DNA of 64,000 nt, from assembly GCA_964527425.1 (NCBI GenBank), contig CAZGOA010000001.1, forward strand, positions 20,842 to 84,841, written 5' to 3'. This DNA is from an uncultured Gammaproteobacteria bacterium. Lineage in GTDB: Bacteria > Patescibacteriota > Microgenomatia > UBA10105 > UBA927. Positions 1-10,520 of the stretch are shown in pieces. A program made the position numbers and the translations under genes. Under the pieces are notes generated by a model. It was not told the origin of the DNA. It ran no database searches and was given only the letters and a program-made list of their open reading frames with translations. Position 1 is the first letter of the stretch. Every line of letters begins with the position of its first letter.

Positions 1-741
1 TTTTTCTACTTGAGGATATATTTCGTGTAATGTTTGTTGAAAACGGGAAGTACCCCACGTGTCTGCAATATGACCAATATCGCTGTGTAAATTGGGTGCA
101 AAATGCTTATACTGCTTCCACAAAAATGATGGTGTTGTTACAAAATATCCTAAATTCCATGCATGTTTTCCACTTTCCAGATATCTTTTTGCAGTTTCTT
201 TGTCAGGACGATATTGAAAATTCTTAAATGAATGAAATGAAATATTATTTAATGTTTTTTTAACTTCTCCATATTCTATCCATCCCAAATTTTCACTGGC
301 AAAGCGCGGTTTTTGACCAATAAATACTATTGTATTAGGAGATTTTGTAACTATTTCACCTGCTCTAGTAAGTAATTCTCTAAATAATGATTCTTTTTTT
401 ACTAAATGATCACTCCATAAAATTGCCATTGGTTCAGAAGGAGCAATTTTATTAAGAATAGCAGTTAATAATCCAACTGCAGGTCCTACATCTCTCATTG
501 CAGGTTCTCCGATAATATGTGCTGAAGGTAATTTTTCAAGTTGCTCTTTAACCAGATCCACATACTGAGCCCCGGTAGATACAAACATATGATCCCAATT
601 AAAATCAGGCTGAAGACGTTCAGCTGCTAATTGAAGTGTAGATTTATTTCCAAAAATTTTCTCAAATTGTTTCGGAGAATTCTTTCGCGATAAAGGCCAT
701 AGCCTAGTTCCTGCACCACCTGCAAAAATTATACAATTCAT
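1..741 (-). CDS. mannose-1-phosphate guanylyltransferase (nucleotidyltransferase domain); partial, runs off window start
   Basis: Reverse-strand translation from ATG at 741 reads 'MNCIIFAGGAGTRLWPLSRKNSPKQF...', the classic 'GGxGTRLWPLS' sugar-1-P nucleotidyltransferase signature. No stop before position 1, so it is absent from the ORF track. Confidence 0.75.
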   Translation of the reverse strand, partial: MNCIIFAGGAGTRLWPLSRKNSPKQFEKIFGNKSTLQLAAERLQPDFNWDHMFVSTGAQYVDLVKEQLEKLPSAHIIGEPAMRDVGPAVGLLTAILNKIAPSEPMAILWSDHLVKKESLFRELLTRAGEIVTKSPNTIVFIGQKPRFASENLGWIEYGEVKKTLNNISFHSFKNFQYRPDKETAKRYLESGKHAWNLGYFVTTPSFLWKQYKHFAPNLHSDIGHIADTWGTSRFQQTLHEIYPQVEK

Positions 742-795
742 AATTAATTTAGAATTAACGATATCTAATCACGATACAAACAATATAGATAGTAT

Positions 796-1935
796 TTATC
801 TACGTTCTTGTATGTTTTCAGTGTTATATTCTTTTAATACATTTGCAACAAATAATGAAATTTGTTTCTTAAATCTCACTATATCAAACTGACTCGCCTG
901 TTTTCTACACGCAACTGGATCATATGTTTCAAGGTGAAATTGAGATAACGCGTTAACTAAACACTCCACAGTCTGCTCTTCAAATACTTCCCCTGTCTTA
1001 CCTGGAATGATAATTTCTGCTATGCCACTTTTTTTGTAACACAATACTGGTTTCCCGGAGGCTTGAGCTTCTGCAGCAACTATTCCAAAATCCTCTTCCC
1101 CAGCAAACAAAAACGCTCTGCACTGTTGATAATATCGAGCTAATTCTTCTGTTGTCAATTTATTCCGTATAAATGTTACATTTTTGCCAGCTCTCTTAAT
1201 TAGCCGCTGAGCATCTTTTCCATCTCCAATGACAACTAAGGGAAGGTTAAGTTTTGTACAGGCATCAATTACTATATCAATTCGTTTATAAGACACAAGG
1301 CGAGATACAACTAAAAACGGTGCATGTTCAGTATTTGTTTTTTCTGCTAAAGGAAATGCTGACATAGTTACAGGTGGATAGATAACTGCATCGACTGTAC
1401 GCTTGTAAAATGACTCAATTCGATGAGACACTAAGTTTGATATAGCTATAAAGTAATCAGGCTTTTGCGCAGCATAAAAATCCCACTTTTTTAAAATGCT
1501 GTGTGATAAAGATAATACTATTTTTGATAACCAACTAAACCTACCAAGCCCGGGTTCTTGTTGATATGAGGTATATCCACTCCACAAATATCTGGTTGGT
1601 GTTAAACAATAACAAATATGTAACGTATGTGGTTTCGTAATAATCGTTTTTGCTTCTGCAGAAGTAATGCTTATAACCACATCAAACATATCAAAATTAA
1701 ACAATTCAAATCCAAGTGGAGTTAACCATGGAAATAACTCATGATGCCGTTTTGCACTAGGTATTCTTTGAAGAAAGGAGGTGTGGACTTTAAATACTTT
1801 TGCCCATGTAGCTTTTTGTTTATCATAAACAGCTGTATATAGTGGAGCATTTGGCCATACTTCATGCAATGCCAGTAATACTTGTTCTGCACCTCCAAAC
1901 TTATTTACTCGATCATATACAAGCGCTATTTTCAT
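796..1935 (-). CDS. glycosyltransferase family 4 (GT-B, retaining)
   Basis: C-terminal 'FLFAGEEDFGIVAAEAQASGKPVL...GIAEII' E-x7-E motif; 379 aa; ATGA overlap with the upstream gene. Confidence 0.8.
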   Translation of the reverse strand: MKIALVYDRVNKFGGAEQVLLALHEVWPNAPLYTAVYDKQKATWAKVFKVHTSFLQRIPSAKRHHELFPWLTPLGFELFNFDMFDVVISITSAEAKTIITKPHTLHICYCLTPTRYLWSGYTSYQQEPGLGRFSWLSKIVLSLSHSILKKWDFYAAQKPDYFIAISNLVSHRIESFYKRTVDAVIYPPVTMSAFPLAEKTNTEHAPFLVVSRLVSYKRIDIVIDACTKLNLPLVVIGDGKDAQRLIKRAGKNVTFIRNKLTTEELARYYQQCRAFLFAGEEDFGIVAAEAQASGKPVLCYKKSGIAEIIIPGKTGEVFEEQTVECLVNALSQFHLETYDPVACRKQASQFDIVRFKKQISLFVANVLKEYNTENIQERR

Positions 1936-3068
1936 AGAAAGCTGTTTTTCAACTCACCAACTTTGTTATAAATATCCAATGTCTTTTGAGCCATGGATTT
2001 CCAAGAAAATTTTTGAAAATACAATTGTTTTTCCTTTGCATCTTTCCATGGAGTTTTTTTACCTTTTTTAATAACATCTTTAATTTTTTCAAACCAATCA
2101 TGAGCACTATCCGGATCGAAAAATGCGGTAGAAGAAGGTAAAAGCTCTCTAAACACTGGGATATCTGAAACCAATATCTCACAATCTGCAGCAAGAGCTT
2201 CCAGTAAAGGAAGTGCGAATCCTTCTGCTTTTGAAGGAGAAAGTGTTATTAATGCTTTACTAAAATATTGAGCCAGCTGAATATCAGTAACATTTTCTGG
2301 AAACAAAAAGAGGTCGTCGAGATCTTTTGAGTGTACTTCGCTAACAAACTTCCTGAAAAAGTAATCATGAGGACCTATCATCATGATTTTCAAAGGAGCA
2401 ATGCTTTGAACTGGTATTTCTTTTTTAAATAATATGGCAATATCAATTAATAATTTTACGTTTTTATGAGGATACGTGTTGCCCACATATAAGATATATG
2501 GAACATGAATTAATTCGTTATTAGTTGAAACATTAAAAAAAACCTCATCAACTCCCTCTAATGTAACACTAATCGGATTTTTAATATTCCAGGTTTGAAT
2601 TACATCATGTTTTGTTGTTTCAGAAACCGCAATAATATGTTTAGACTTTTTTAAACCATTCTTTAATACAATTTGATATCCTATTTTTTTTAACCAGTAC
2701 AACGGGTAGGGCAACGTAGTCGCCTTGCCTGTATTAATTCTTAATATAGTTAGATCATGGATTGTTGTGATTATTGAATGGGAATAAAACAGTGGCACGG
2801 TAAAATATGGTACATGCAATATATCCAGTTTTTCACGGTAGTAAATTATTGGCAGTTCAAGTTGTTCTCGCAGTGTATGCCAGCGAGCACAAACATAATG
2901 AACACGCCAATTTGATTTGGGCAATTCAAATGGAAAAACTGTATCGTTAAGTACATACAATATATATTCGTTCTTTTTATCTATATTGATTAGCTCAACA
3001 ATAAGATGACGAATATAACGACCTACACCTGTTTCATTTATAAGTCGTGCATCAATTCCAATTTTCAT
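1932..3068 (-). CDS. glycosyltransferase family 4
   Basis: 'KAEGFALPLLEALAADCEILVSDIPVFRELL' GT4 C-domain motif; N-terminus 'MKIGIDARLINETGVGRY'. Confidence 0.8.
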   Translation of the reverse strand: MKIGIDARLINETGVGRYIRHLIVELINIDKKNEYILYVLNDTVFPFELPKSNWRVHYVCARWHTLREQLELPIIYYREKLDILHVPYFTVPLFYSHSIITTIHDLTILRINTGKATTLPYPLYWLKKIGYQIVLKNGLKKSKHIIAVSETTKHDVIQTWNIKNPISVTLEGVDEVFFNVSTNNELIHVPYILYVGNTYPHKNVKLLIDIAILFKKEIPVQSIAPLKIMMIGPHDYFFRKFVSEVHSKDLDDLFLFPENVTDIQLAQYFSKALITLSPSKAEGFALPLLEALAADCEILVSDIPVFRELLPSSTAFFDPDSAHDWFEKIKDVIKKGKKTPWKDAKEKQLYFQKFSWKSMAQKTLDIYNKVGELKNSFL

Positions 3069-3076
3069 ACAAACGT

Positions 3077-3979
3077 TTATAAGCCGAACTTTTTTACTAT
3101 AAAAAGTCTCATATTAATGATTGTTATTACAAATATTGTTAACAACGCAGAATATTTATTTTGATAATGTTTCTTATAAAATAATTTCATCGTTGAATAA
3201 AAATATTCTTTTGTTTTTTTTCTTGTTTCGAGGTTACTATTATTTCTGCCACTTTGCTTTTTTTTATGAAGTACCTTAGCTAAAGGCTCATACCATATCT
3301 CCCATCCATTTTCTTTTATTCTAAATGCCCAATCTAAGTCTTCACCATACATAAAAAACGCTTCATCTAGTACTCCCACCTGATCTATTACTTCTTTTCT
3401 AACCATAAAAAATCCACCACTAATCGCATCAACTTGATGAGCTGAATTCATTTGTTTATACCACTGGTGATACTGACTAAACATACTGCTATGAGGAAAT
3501 AAAGACTCCATACCCACAAAGTAACTGAAAGATGCCCATGGAGTTGGAAAACCACGATGACAGGCTGGATCTATATTTCCATTAGGAAGAAATAACTTAC
3601 TCCCCACCACCCCAATCTTTGATGAAGAATATAACTTTTTAAGGCAAACTTGTATTGCATCAGATTGTATTTCTGTATCAGAATTGAGTAATAACACTGT
3701 CTTTCCTAAAGCAATAGCTAAACCTTTATTATTGCCTGCCGAAAATCCATAATTATTATCAAGTGCAAGAATCCTTATCCAACTCTTATTGGCAGTGTAT
3801 TCATTAACTGAAGTCAAAAATTCTACACTGTCATCAGAAGATCCATTATCTACAATTATTATTTCCCATAAATCAGTGTTTTTTTTTGAATGAATAACAC
3901 TCTTTAAACACTCCAGAGTTAACTCTTTAGTATTATAATTTACAATAATAATCGACAACTCAAGATTTTTTTGACTCAT
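3077..3979 (-). CDS. glycosyltransferase family 2
   Basis: 'LSIIIVNYNTKELTLECLKSV...IIIVDNGSSDDS' and 'LLNSDTEI' DxD motifs. Confidence 0.8.
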   Translation of the reverse strand: MSQKNLELSIIIVNYNTKELTLECLKSVIHSKKNTDLWEIIIVDNGSSDDSVEFLTSVNEYTANKSWIRILALDNNYGFSAGNNKGLAIALGKTVLLLNSDTEIQSDAIQVCLKKLYSSSKIGVVGSKLFLPNGNIDPACHRGFPTPWASFSYFVGMESLFPHSSMFSQYHQWYKQMNSAHQVDAISGGFFMVRKEVIDQVGVLDEAFFMYGEDLDWAFRIKENGWEIWYEPLAKVLHKKKQSGRNNSNLETRKKTKEYFYSTMKLFYKKHYQNKYSALLTIFVITIINMRLFIVKKFGL

Positions 3980-5168
3980 ATTTTTTCCAAATAGCTTCTT
4001 GTATATCTGCTATATGTGACCAACTATATTTTTTTTCTACTATTTGCCTAGCGTTTCGTGTTATTTTTTTGACATTCACCGAATCATTACATAATGTTTG
4101 TATATTACCTATCCACTCATTTGTTGTATCTCCAATTAAAATTGAATGATTATGCTTAACATCTAATCCTTCAATTCCTTTTGTAGTCGAAATAACTGGA
4201 ACTCCTGCTGCCATTGCTTCTAAAATTTTATATTTAGTACCACCACCTATTGCTATTGGAGCAAATGACATATGTGCTTTTCTCAATACATCACGAATAT
4301 CATCTACATTTTCTGTTAACGTAACAGATGATGAGAGATATTTTTTGAACGCTTGTGGAAAATGTTGACCAACTAACTCAAGTGAAGCTTTTGGATAATT
4401 TTTTGAAATAACCGGCCAATATAATCGTAATAACGATTTAACAGCGTCTTGATTTTGAATCCATCTGAAATTGCCAATAAATACTGCATGAAAATCTTTC
4501 GGTATGACATTATTAGGCAAAAATTCAAACCAAATATCATCTACCCCATTGGGAACAACAGTTACATTATTAAATCCTTTACTGTTAATATATGCTTTAT
4601 CTGATAACGATACAGTAATTATTTGATCTGCATTTTCCCAAATGGTTTGTTCCCATTTTTTTATTTTATGCACATCATTTCGAAGAAAAGACTTCATTAA
4701 AGGTAACTTAAATCGTTGAATATAACCTTCATAAATCCTATGTTCAATATTATGTTCACTAACAATAAGAGGAAGATCTAATTGGGGTAATCCAGTAAAT
4801 ACATATCCAGGTTCAATATGTACTACATTAATCGATTCCTCACTGATTATCTGAGCAATACGTTTTTGGGCCATAGTATGATGATATGTTGCGTGTAAGA
4901 GTGATTTATTGGTAAATAACGATTTTGTTATATAACCAGGTTGCCATGCTGTTCCTCTCAGAATCGTTTCAATCCGATGGCAGAAAGATAATTCTTTACA
5001 GAATTTAGTTTCTTCCTCTGTCCGAATATACGATATTAGGGTAATGTTATGATGTTCTGATAGCCTTTTTAAGAGATTATAAAGACGTACCTGACCTCCC
5101 GAATACAACGGGAAGGGTAGTACTGCTGAAACAACAAGAATATTCATAGGTACATTAATTTGAAGCAC
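3960..5168 (-). CDS. glycosyltransferase family 4
   Basis: 'GGGTKYKILEAMAAGVPVISTTKGIEGL' GT4 C-terminal motif; 402 aa. Confidence 0.8.
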   Translation of the reverse strand: MLQINVPMNILVVSAVLPFPLYSGGQVRLYNLLKRLSEHHNITLISYIRTEEETKFCKELSFCHRIETILRGTAWQPGYITKSLFTNKSLLHATYHHTMAQKRIAQIISEESINVVHIEPGYVFTGLPQLDLPLIVSEHNIEHRIYEGYIQRFKLPLMKSFLRNDVHKIKKWEQTIWENADQIITVSLSDKAYINSKGFNNVTVVPNGVDDIWFEFLPNNVIPKDFHAVFIGNFRWIQNQDAVKSLLRLYWPVISKNYPKASLELVGQHFPQAFKKYLSSSVTLTENVDDIRDVLRKAHMSFAPIAIGGGTKYKILEAMAAGVPVISTTKGIEGLDVKHNHSILIGDTTNEWIGNIQTLCNDSVNVKKITRNARQIVEKKYSWSHIADIQEAIWKKYESKKS

Positions 5169-6663
5169 TATTTGGTTTTGTTAAATCAATAATCGCAAAT
5201 GTATCATTTCGAACAATAACTTCGTACTCTTCACTTAAAGCCTTAGTTTCTCCATCTGCATCAGTAGGAGATACGGTAACATAATGGGTTGCTCCCAGTT
5301 TAATTTTTTCTTCAATATCAAATCCAATAGGCCAACCTTGACGTTTAGTTTGATAAAGAAATGTTGTGTCACCATTGTACGGAGCTATTACTTTTGCATC
5401 CGGAGGTAATAAAGAATCTGCAACCTTTCCTGCTTCAACTATTTCAGGTCGGTTTATCCAATAAAATCCTCGAATTTCAAACCAGGAAAATGCCACAGTA
5501 AAGAGCACTATGAAAAGTAACACTATTGAGTTGCGGAGTTTAGCTATGAATGATCTTGGACTTATAAGATGTTCAATACCAAATCCTAAACATAAACTAA
5601 TTACAGGTAAAATTAACTGCTGGTAATAATCATGTTGCACATTTCCTCTTGCTATTACGATAAAAAACAATAGACTACCAAATAATAACGAATATACTAT
5701 CACCCATTTTTTTTGAATTGATAGTATTCCCAAAATAAATAGTGCTATCCCCCAATACCCTAATATTAATTTTGAAACTCGTTCAGCAAACAGCCAATGA
5801 AACCATGCACCTTTAAAGCGAAGATTTCCTTCATTGTATAACCAATTTGAAACCGGAATTCCTTCTGGAAAGAATACTATCCACTGTCTCCATACATAAA
5901 GAGGCACTATAGCTATGACAAAAAAGATTCCTAATAACACTGTAGATGTTAATACTTTTCTTGTAAAAGAACGATTTAACAATGGAAAAGCTGAAACAAT
6001 ATTCCATACACTCGTTATAAAAAGCAAAGGAAGAGGAATTAATAAAAATACTGCAAAAGGCTTTACTAATAATGCAAATGCTGCACTAAACGTACTGACT
6101 ATGAGTAAAAAAAGTGCACTGACACCATTACTTTTTGTAGATTTTAAAGAAGCAAATAGAGCAAGCAGACTCAAAAAGACCATTAATGGCTCCGGTAATA
6201 TAGATCGGCCATAAAAAAAACTATATGGCAATACGGCATACATGAATGCACTTCCTAATCCCACAATTGAATTCTTTAATTGTTTCCCTATGTAAGCCAA
6301 CAATATTATTGTACCTATACTTGCAGCGATACTTGTAAGTCTGAGTGCCTGCTCAATACTAACTTGAGGCAACATAGTATATAACCCGTACGCTATACTT
6401 TGGTACAACGGAAACTCAACCATTCTCCATCCTTCTAGGTTGTTTTTACCCGATTGAATGTTCGACAAATCATCATATCTGGGTCTGAAAGGATCAAACC
6501 CAAGATCTCTAAAATTTCTCGCAACTGCTGCTGTATCAGCCTGTCTCCAACTATGCCAATCGGCAATAGGATTACTAAACTTATAACTACGCACACTAAC
6601 TCCTAATGCAACGATAACACCTAAGAATAATATAAATACATGTTTTTTTAGAAATTTCATCAT
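5155..6663 (-). CDS. polytopic membrane protein, GT-C-like (ArnT/PMT_2-like) with C-terminal soluble domain
   Basis: About 11 predicted TM helices. Loop motif 'HSWRQADTAAVARNF' follows TM1. C-terminal ~100 aa are hydrophilic. The track start at 6672 is TTG; ATG at 6663 gives 'MMKFLKK' and is the more likely start. Confidence 0.5.
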   Translation of the reverse strand: MMKFLKKHVFILFLGVIVALGVSVRSYKFSNPIADWHSWRQADTAAVARNFRDLGFDPFRPRYDDLSNIQSGKNNLEGWRMVEFPLYQSIAYGLYTMLPQVSIEQALRLTSIAASIGTIILLAYIGKQLKNSIVGLGSAFMYAVLPYSFFYGRSILPEPLMVFLSLLALFASLKSTKSNGVSALFLLIVSTFSAAFALLVKPFAVFLLIPLPLLFITSVWNIVSAFPLLNRSFTRKVLTSTVLLGIFFVIAIVPLYVWRQWIVFFPEGIPVSNWLYNEGNLRFKGAWFHWLFAERVSKLILGYWGIALFILGILSIQKKWVIVYSLLFGSLLFFIVIARGNVQHDYYQQLILPVISLCLGFGIEHLISPRSFIAKLRNSIVLLFIVLFTVAFSWFEIRGFYWINRPEIVEAGKVADSLLPPDAKVIAPYNGDTTFLYQTKRQGWPIGFDIEEKIKLGATHYVTVSPTDADGETKALSEEYEVIVRNDTFAIIDLTKPNSASN

Positions 6664-6696
6664 AGATAGCAATTCAAGATAACAATGGTAATTAAA

Positions 6697-9675
6697 TTAT
6701 TTGGGATTAACTTTCCCTTCCAATTGTTGTAATTTAAAATCTTCAAAAAGTAATAACGTCTTTTCTGTACCATATGGTTCTGGGTAGCCGAAAGCTGCTT
6801 CTATTGAATTTACTTGAGCGACATTATACGGTGATTGGCGAAACATATGCCATAAGGCATCATTTAATCCAGTAGGAAAAATCCAGGCCCGTCCAATCCG
6901 AATAGGTACATCGATAAATACAAACGTTCTTGTAAAATTTGGAGGGAAAAATCCTGTTCGTATTGATTTTAATGTTTGTTCTGTTACATATCCTGCAAAT
7001 TCCCATTCTTTTTCAATTCGTTTGAATTCAATAGTATTCCACCATATACAACTCACTATAAGAATAATTGAACCTATCTTTAATACCCATGACATACGCG
7101 ACTGAAACAATCGAGTAACAACTAAGCCTGCCAACATAACAATAAATACTGAAGGCAGCAGTGCATATCTTTCAGAGGCAGCACCTAATCCAATGAACGG
7201 TATAAGTGAGATAAAAATACTTGCCACTAAGCCCCATACCATACGCCTTTTAAGCAAATAGACTTTATATTTCCATACAGTAAACGACAGAAATGCTACT
7301 GCTCCCAGCCCGATAAACGTGAGTGTTTGAACGTATTGTCTCATCATTTCTCTTGCACTAAATCCAATCTCTATTGCTCTGGGTCCGACAATAATTGCCA
7401 AGAGATAAGTCCCTATATTTCCAATACCATTTACCAATAATTTACTCAGGTTGTAACCGTAATCTCCACTCGGTGCTACTGCTCCACTATACATACGTAT
7501 TATCCAATAGGCAGGAATTAATAATAATAACGGCCATTTAGTTTTCCTTTGATAAATAAGCCAATCAAATAACACAATTAATGCTGGGCCTATTATTACC
7601 GTTTCCCATGAACCCATTGCCAATAATAGAGTAAATGTACCCAGTCCCAATTTATATTTCTCCCATTTTGCACTCCGATCTATTAAAAATATGTTCATAG
7701 ATAGTAATAAAAACATAACCGCAAGCAGACTGCTTTGACCTGATATCCAAATGATATTTTCATGATGGACTGCGAGCACTGCAAAACAAATAGTAAGTAA
7801 CCCTGCAATGAATCGATTTACCCCAACTTTCCTCATGAATAAAAAGGTTAAAACAGAAATAACAAAGAATAAGAAAATTGATGCTAAATGATAGGCTTGA
7901 GGCATTAACCAAAAAACAGAAAATAATGAAAAATACCATAATTTAGGTATGGGTCTATAGAAGAAACCTTGAGCATTTGTAAAGTAAGCCCCAATATCTG
8001 CAGTTGAAGTTTCAGCTGCCCATCTCAACCAGGTAAAATCATCACCTATAAAGTAATAATTCAATATTGTTCCAAAGAATAAAAACATTCCGATTGCCAA
8101 ATATGAAGCAACTACAAATTTATTTGTAAAAAATTTATACAGTACCGAAAAGTATCCCTGTTTCATTTCATGTTTTGACAATAGTGCCATGGCGATACCA
8201 AGCATCATCCATAACGGAAAGGCTACTTTTGAAGCTTCAAAAACATCGATTAAGATAGCATTTGCACTTAAGCCAACAATACCTGCAAATAAACCGATAA
8301 CAAACGATTTTTCAAATGGTTCGAGTAAATCTTTTTTTCTCCAAAACCATACAAACGCATACAATAATATCCCTAAAAATGATATTGTACCCAAAATACC
8401 AGTTTCTCCTAACATTCGGTGATAGTTTCCATCTGCTGCTAAATTGAGACTTGAATATCCACTTCCTGTAAAAATGTTGCGTTTAAACGCAGCTATTGCT
8501 CTAGGCCATTGGCCTTGAAAACGCGTAGTTATAGAAATGTCAAGTACAAATGCTTTTTGGATTAAATAACTACCAGAAATAGTTGCAACTTCACCTTTTC
8601 CTGCAACTAATTCTTTTTTGTTTATAAATTCTACTTCATCAATTGGAGCAGTTGATGGTGTCACCCCTTGAGAAGGTACATTAATAAATCCACTACCCTT
8701 AGGTAAATTTTCTACATCAGGTTCACTGATTGGTTCTAATACTGCTTTCCCGCCTTCAACTTTTTCTAATGTACCAATAGGTTTTCCAGTTGATAAATCT
8801 ACGACTACATCATTAAATCTCAATGTTTTTAAAAACCGTTCTGAAGCACCACTAACAAAATTAACCATTATAATACTAGCTATTATCACTGGAACGATTA
8901 GCCAGCGTTTTTTTTGCCACCACAGCATGACCGAAATAGTTACCAAATATACCCCAAAAGAAACTCGTGATGCTGTAAGCAACAACAATATAAATGACGC
9001 AATTGTAATTGCCAACAATAAAACCTTGAACATCAATCGTTTAGTACCAAATATTAAGCTGCCCAATATTGGAATGGTTAACACCAAATATGCTGCTAAA
9101 TCATAATGCCCAGCAAATGTTGACATTATTCGTGCAGTAGGCGGGAGACGCAATGGAACACCTTTTGCAAACTCTTCATTCATTGTCGAAAAGGCCGGCA
9201 AGCCATAATATTTTTGACCTAATCCATATATGACAATAAAAATTCCAGTAACAGCAATTACACAAACAAGTATTGGTAATAGTTTTCTATTTCTTGAAAC
9301 TGCAGCAAAGGCAAGAAAAAACAACAGCATATACTCAATACGCCGGAGATAATGAAGTATTGCTATATGAGGCAATACATTAGGTAACTGAGGGAAAATA
9401 AATAAAATAGCAAGTATTACTGAAATTAAACCTACTCCCCAGAAAGTTACAATAGGAATACTTAGAGGAGTTTTTAATGATTGTTTCTTAAAAATAACTA
9501 ACATCCCCAAAATAGCTGCTGCTAAAAACACCAAAAAATCTTCTAACCGGATATATACCCATGTGCCAACAATATCTAAAATAGGAAGTTTTGGGTACAA
9601 CGGTATAAATGCTAAGAAGAATATCAGCATTCCGGGGACAAGCCACTTAATCAAGAATTGCCAGAGCTTTTCCAT
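6697..9675 (-). CDS. 992-aa membrane protein: N-terminal Wzy_C (O-antigen ligase/polymerase/PglL-like) domain fused to a second polytopic GT-C-like region
   Basis: 'LLLTASRVSFGVYLV' and 'GSGYSSLNLAADGNYHRMLGETGILGTISFLG' match the Wzy_C signature (R...GxG...H...GxxG). A large extracytoplasmic loop is followed by about 12 further TM helices with a 'DDFTWLRWA' loop. Confidence 0.6.
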   Translation of the reverse strand: MEKLWQFLIKWLVPGMLIFFLAFIPLYPKLPILDIVGTWVYIRLEDFLVFLAAAILGMLVIFKKQSLKTPLSIPIVTFWGVGLISVILAILFIFPQLPNVLPHIAILHYLRRIEYMLLFFLAFAAVSRNRKLLPILVCVIAVTGIFIVIYGLGQKYYGLPAFSTMNEEFAKGVPLRLPPTARIMSTFAGHYDLAAYLVLTIPILGSLIFGTKRLMFKVLLLAITIASFILLLLTASRVSFGVYLVTISVMLWWQKKRWLIVPVIIASIIMVNFVSGASERFLKTLRFNDVVVDLSTGKPIGTLEKVEGGKAVLEPISEPDVENLPKGSGFINVPSQGVTPSTAPIDEVEFINKKELVAGKGEVATISGSYLIQKAFVLDISITTRFQGQWPRAIAAFKRNIFTGSGYSSLNLAADGNYHRMLGETGILGTISFLGILLYAFVWFWRKKDLLEPFEKSFVIGLFAGIVGLSANAILIDVFEASKVAFPLWMMLGIAMALLSKHEMKQGYFSVLYKFFTNKFVVASYLAIGMFLFFGTILNYYFIGDDFTWLRWAAETSTADIGAYFTNAQGFFYRPIPKLWYFSLFSVFWLMPQAYHLASIFLFFVISVLTFLFMRKVGVNRFIAGLLTICFAVLAVHHENIIWISGQSSLLAVMFLLLSMNIFLIDRSAKWEKYKLGLGTFTLLLAMGSWETVIIGPALIVLFDWLIYQRKTKWPLLLLIPAYWIIRMYSGAVAPSGDYGYNLSKLLVNGIGNIGTYLLAIIVGPRAIEIGFSAREMMRQYVQTLTFIGLGAVAFLSFTVWKYKVYLLKRRMVWGLVASIFISLIPFIGLGAASERYALLPSVFIVMLAGLVVTRLFQSRMSWVLKIGSIILIVSCIWWNTIEFKRIEKEWEFAGYVTEQTLKSIRTGFFPPNFTRTFVFIDVPIRIGRAWIFPTGLNDALWHMFRQSPYNVAQVNSIEAAFGYPEPYGTEKTLLLFEDFKLQQLEGKVNPK

Positions 9676-10513
9676 AAACTGCCGAGAGGTCTCGGTCTCT
9701 TATTATGCCACAAATACCCAATACAAACCACGCTTTAAGCTTTAACATGTATACTAAAAGCTTAGTTTCCAGTATAGACTTATGTTTCTTATAAAAATAG
9801 AGAAGACCTTTATAAATATTTATAACAGGTTCCCTTCTATTTTCTGAACTAGCTGCACCCGTATGAATAAACTGGGCTTTAGGAGTAAACCATGTAAGAA
9901 AGCCCATATTTTTTGCACGATACAGTAAATCAACCTCTTCCATGTACATAAATATCGACTCATCAAACCCTCCTACTTTTAAGAAATCGCTTTTACGGAC
10001 CATGATACAAGCCCCCGAAATCCAATCAACTTGCCTTTCTTTATTAGGAGAATATCGAGAAAGATGTAACTGGTCTCCTTTTAAAAACAACATCAGAGCT
10101 ATGATTAATAATGAATAAAATGGCCCACATGACTGCTGAGGAGTTTTGTCTTCATTAAATAACTTTCCCCCAACAAAAGATTTTGGTTTTCTTGATAAGT
10201 ATTCAAAAAGTGTCTCTATACCTTTATCTAAAACTTCGCAGTCGGAGTTAAGAAAAAGCACGTATTCTCCCTTAGCTAGTTGAACTCCCTTGTTATTTGC
10301 CATTCCAAAACCTATATTTTTCTTGTTAAAAACAGACTCTACTTGAGGATATTTTTTTTTAATTAATTCTACAGACCCATCTGTAGAATTGTTATCTATG
10401 ACAATAATTTCATACTTAATTGATGAATTTTTTAGTGATGCACAAACAGATCCAAGACACCTATCCAATAACGCTTTTGTATTAAAGCTAAGAATAATTA
10501 TAGAAAGCTTCAT
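9647..10513 (-). CDS. glycosyltransferase family 2
   Basis: 'LSIIILSFNTKALLDRCLGSV...IIVIDNNSTDGS' and 'FLNSDCEV'. Confidence 0.8.
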   Translation of the reverse strand: MKLSIIILSFNTKALLDRCLGSVCASLKNSSIKYEIIVIDNNSTDGSVELIKKKYPQVESVFNKKNIGFGMANNKGVQLAKGEYVLFLNSDCEVLDKGIETLFEYLSRKPKSFVGGKLFNEDKTPQQSCGPFYSLLIIALMLFLKGDQLHLSRYSPNKERQVDWISGACIMVRKSDFLKVGGFDESIFMYMEEVDLLYRAKNMGFLTWFTPKAQFIHTGAASSENRREPVINIYKGLLYFYKKHKSILETKLLVYMLKLKAWFVLGICGIIRDRDLSAVYGKALAILD

Positions 10514-10520
10514 TATAGAT

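Noticed and set aside
30-227. 65-aa plus-strand ORF at window start
   Set aside because: Antisense to the clear ManC nucleotidyltransferase coding sequence on the minus strand; no motif.
1949-2194. 81-aa minus-strand ORF inside the GT4 gene 1932..3068
   Set aside because: Alternate frame of a well-supported glycosyltransferase gene.
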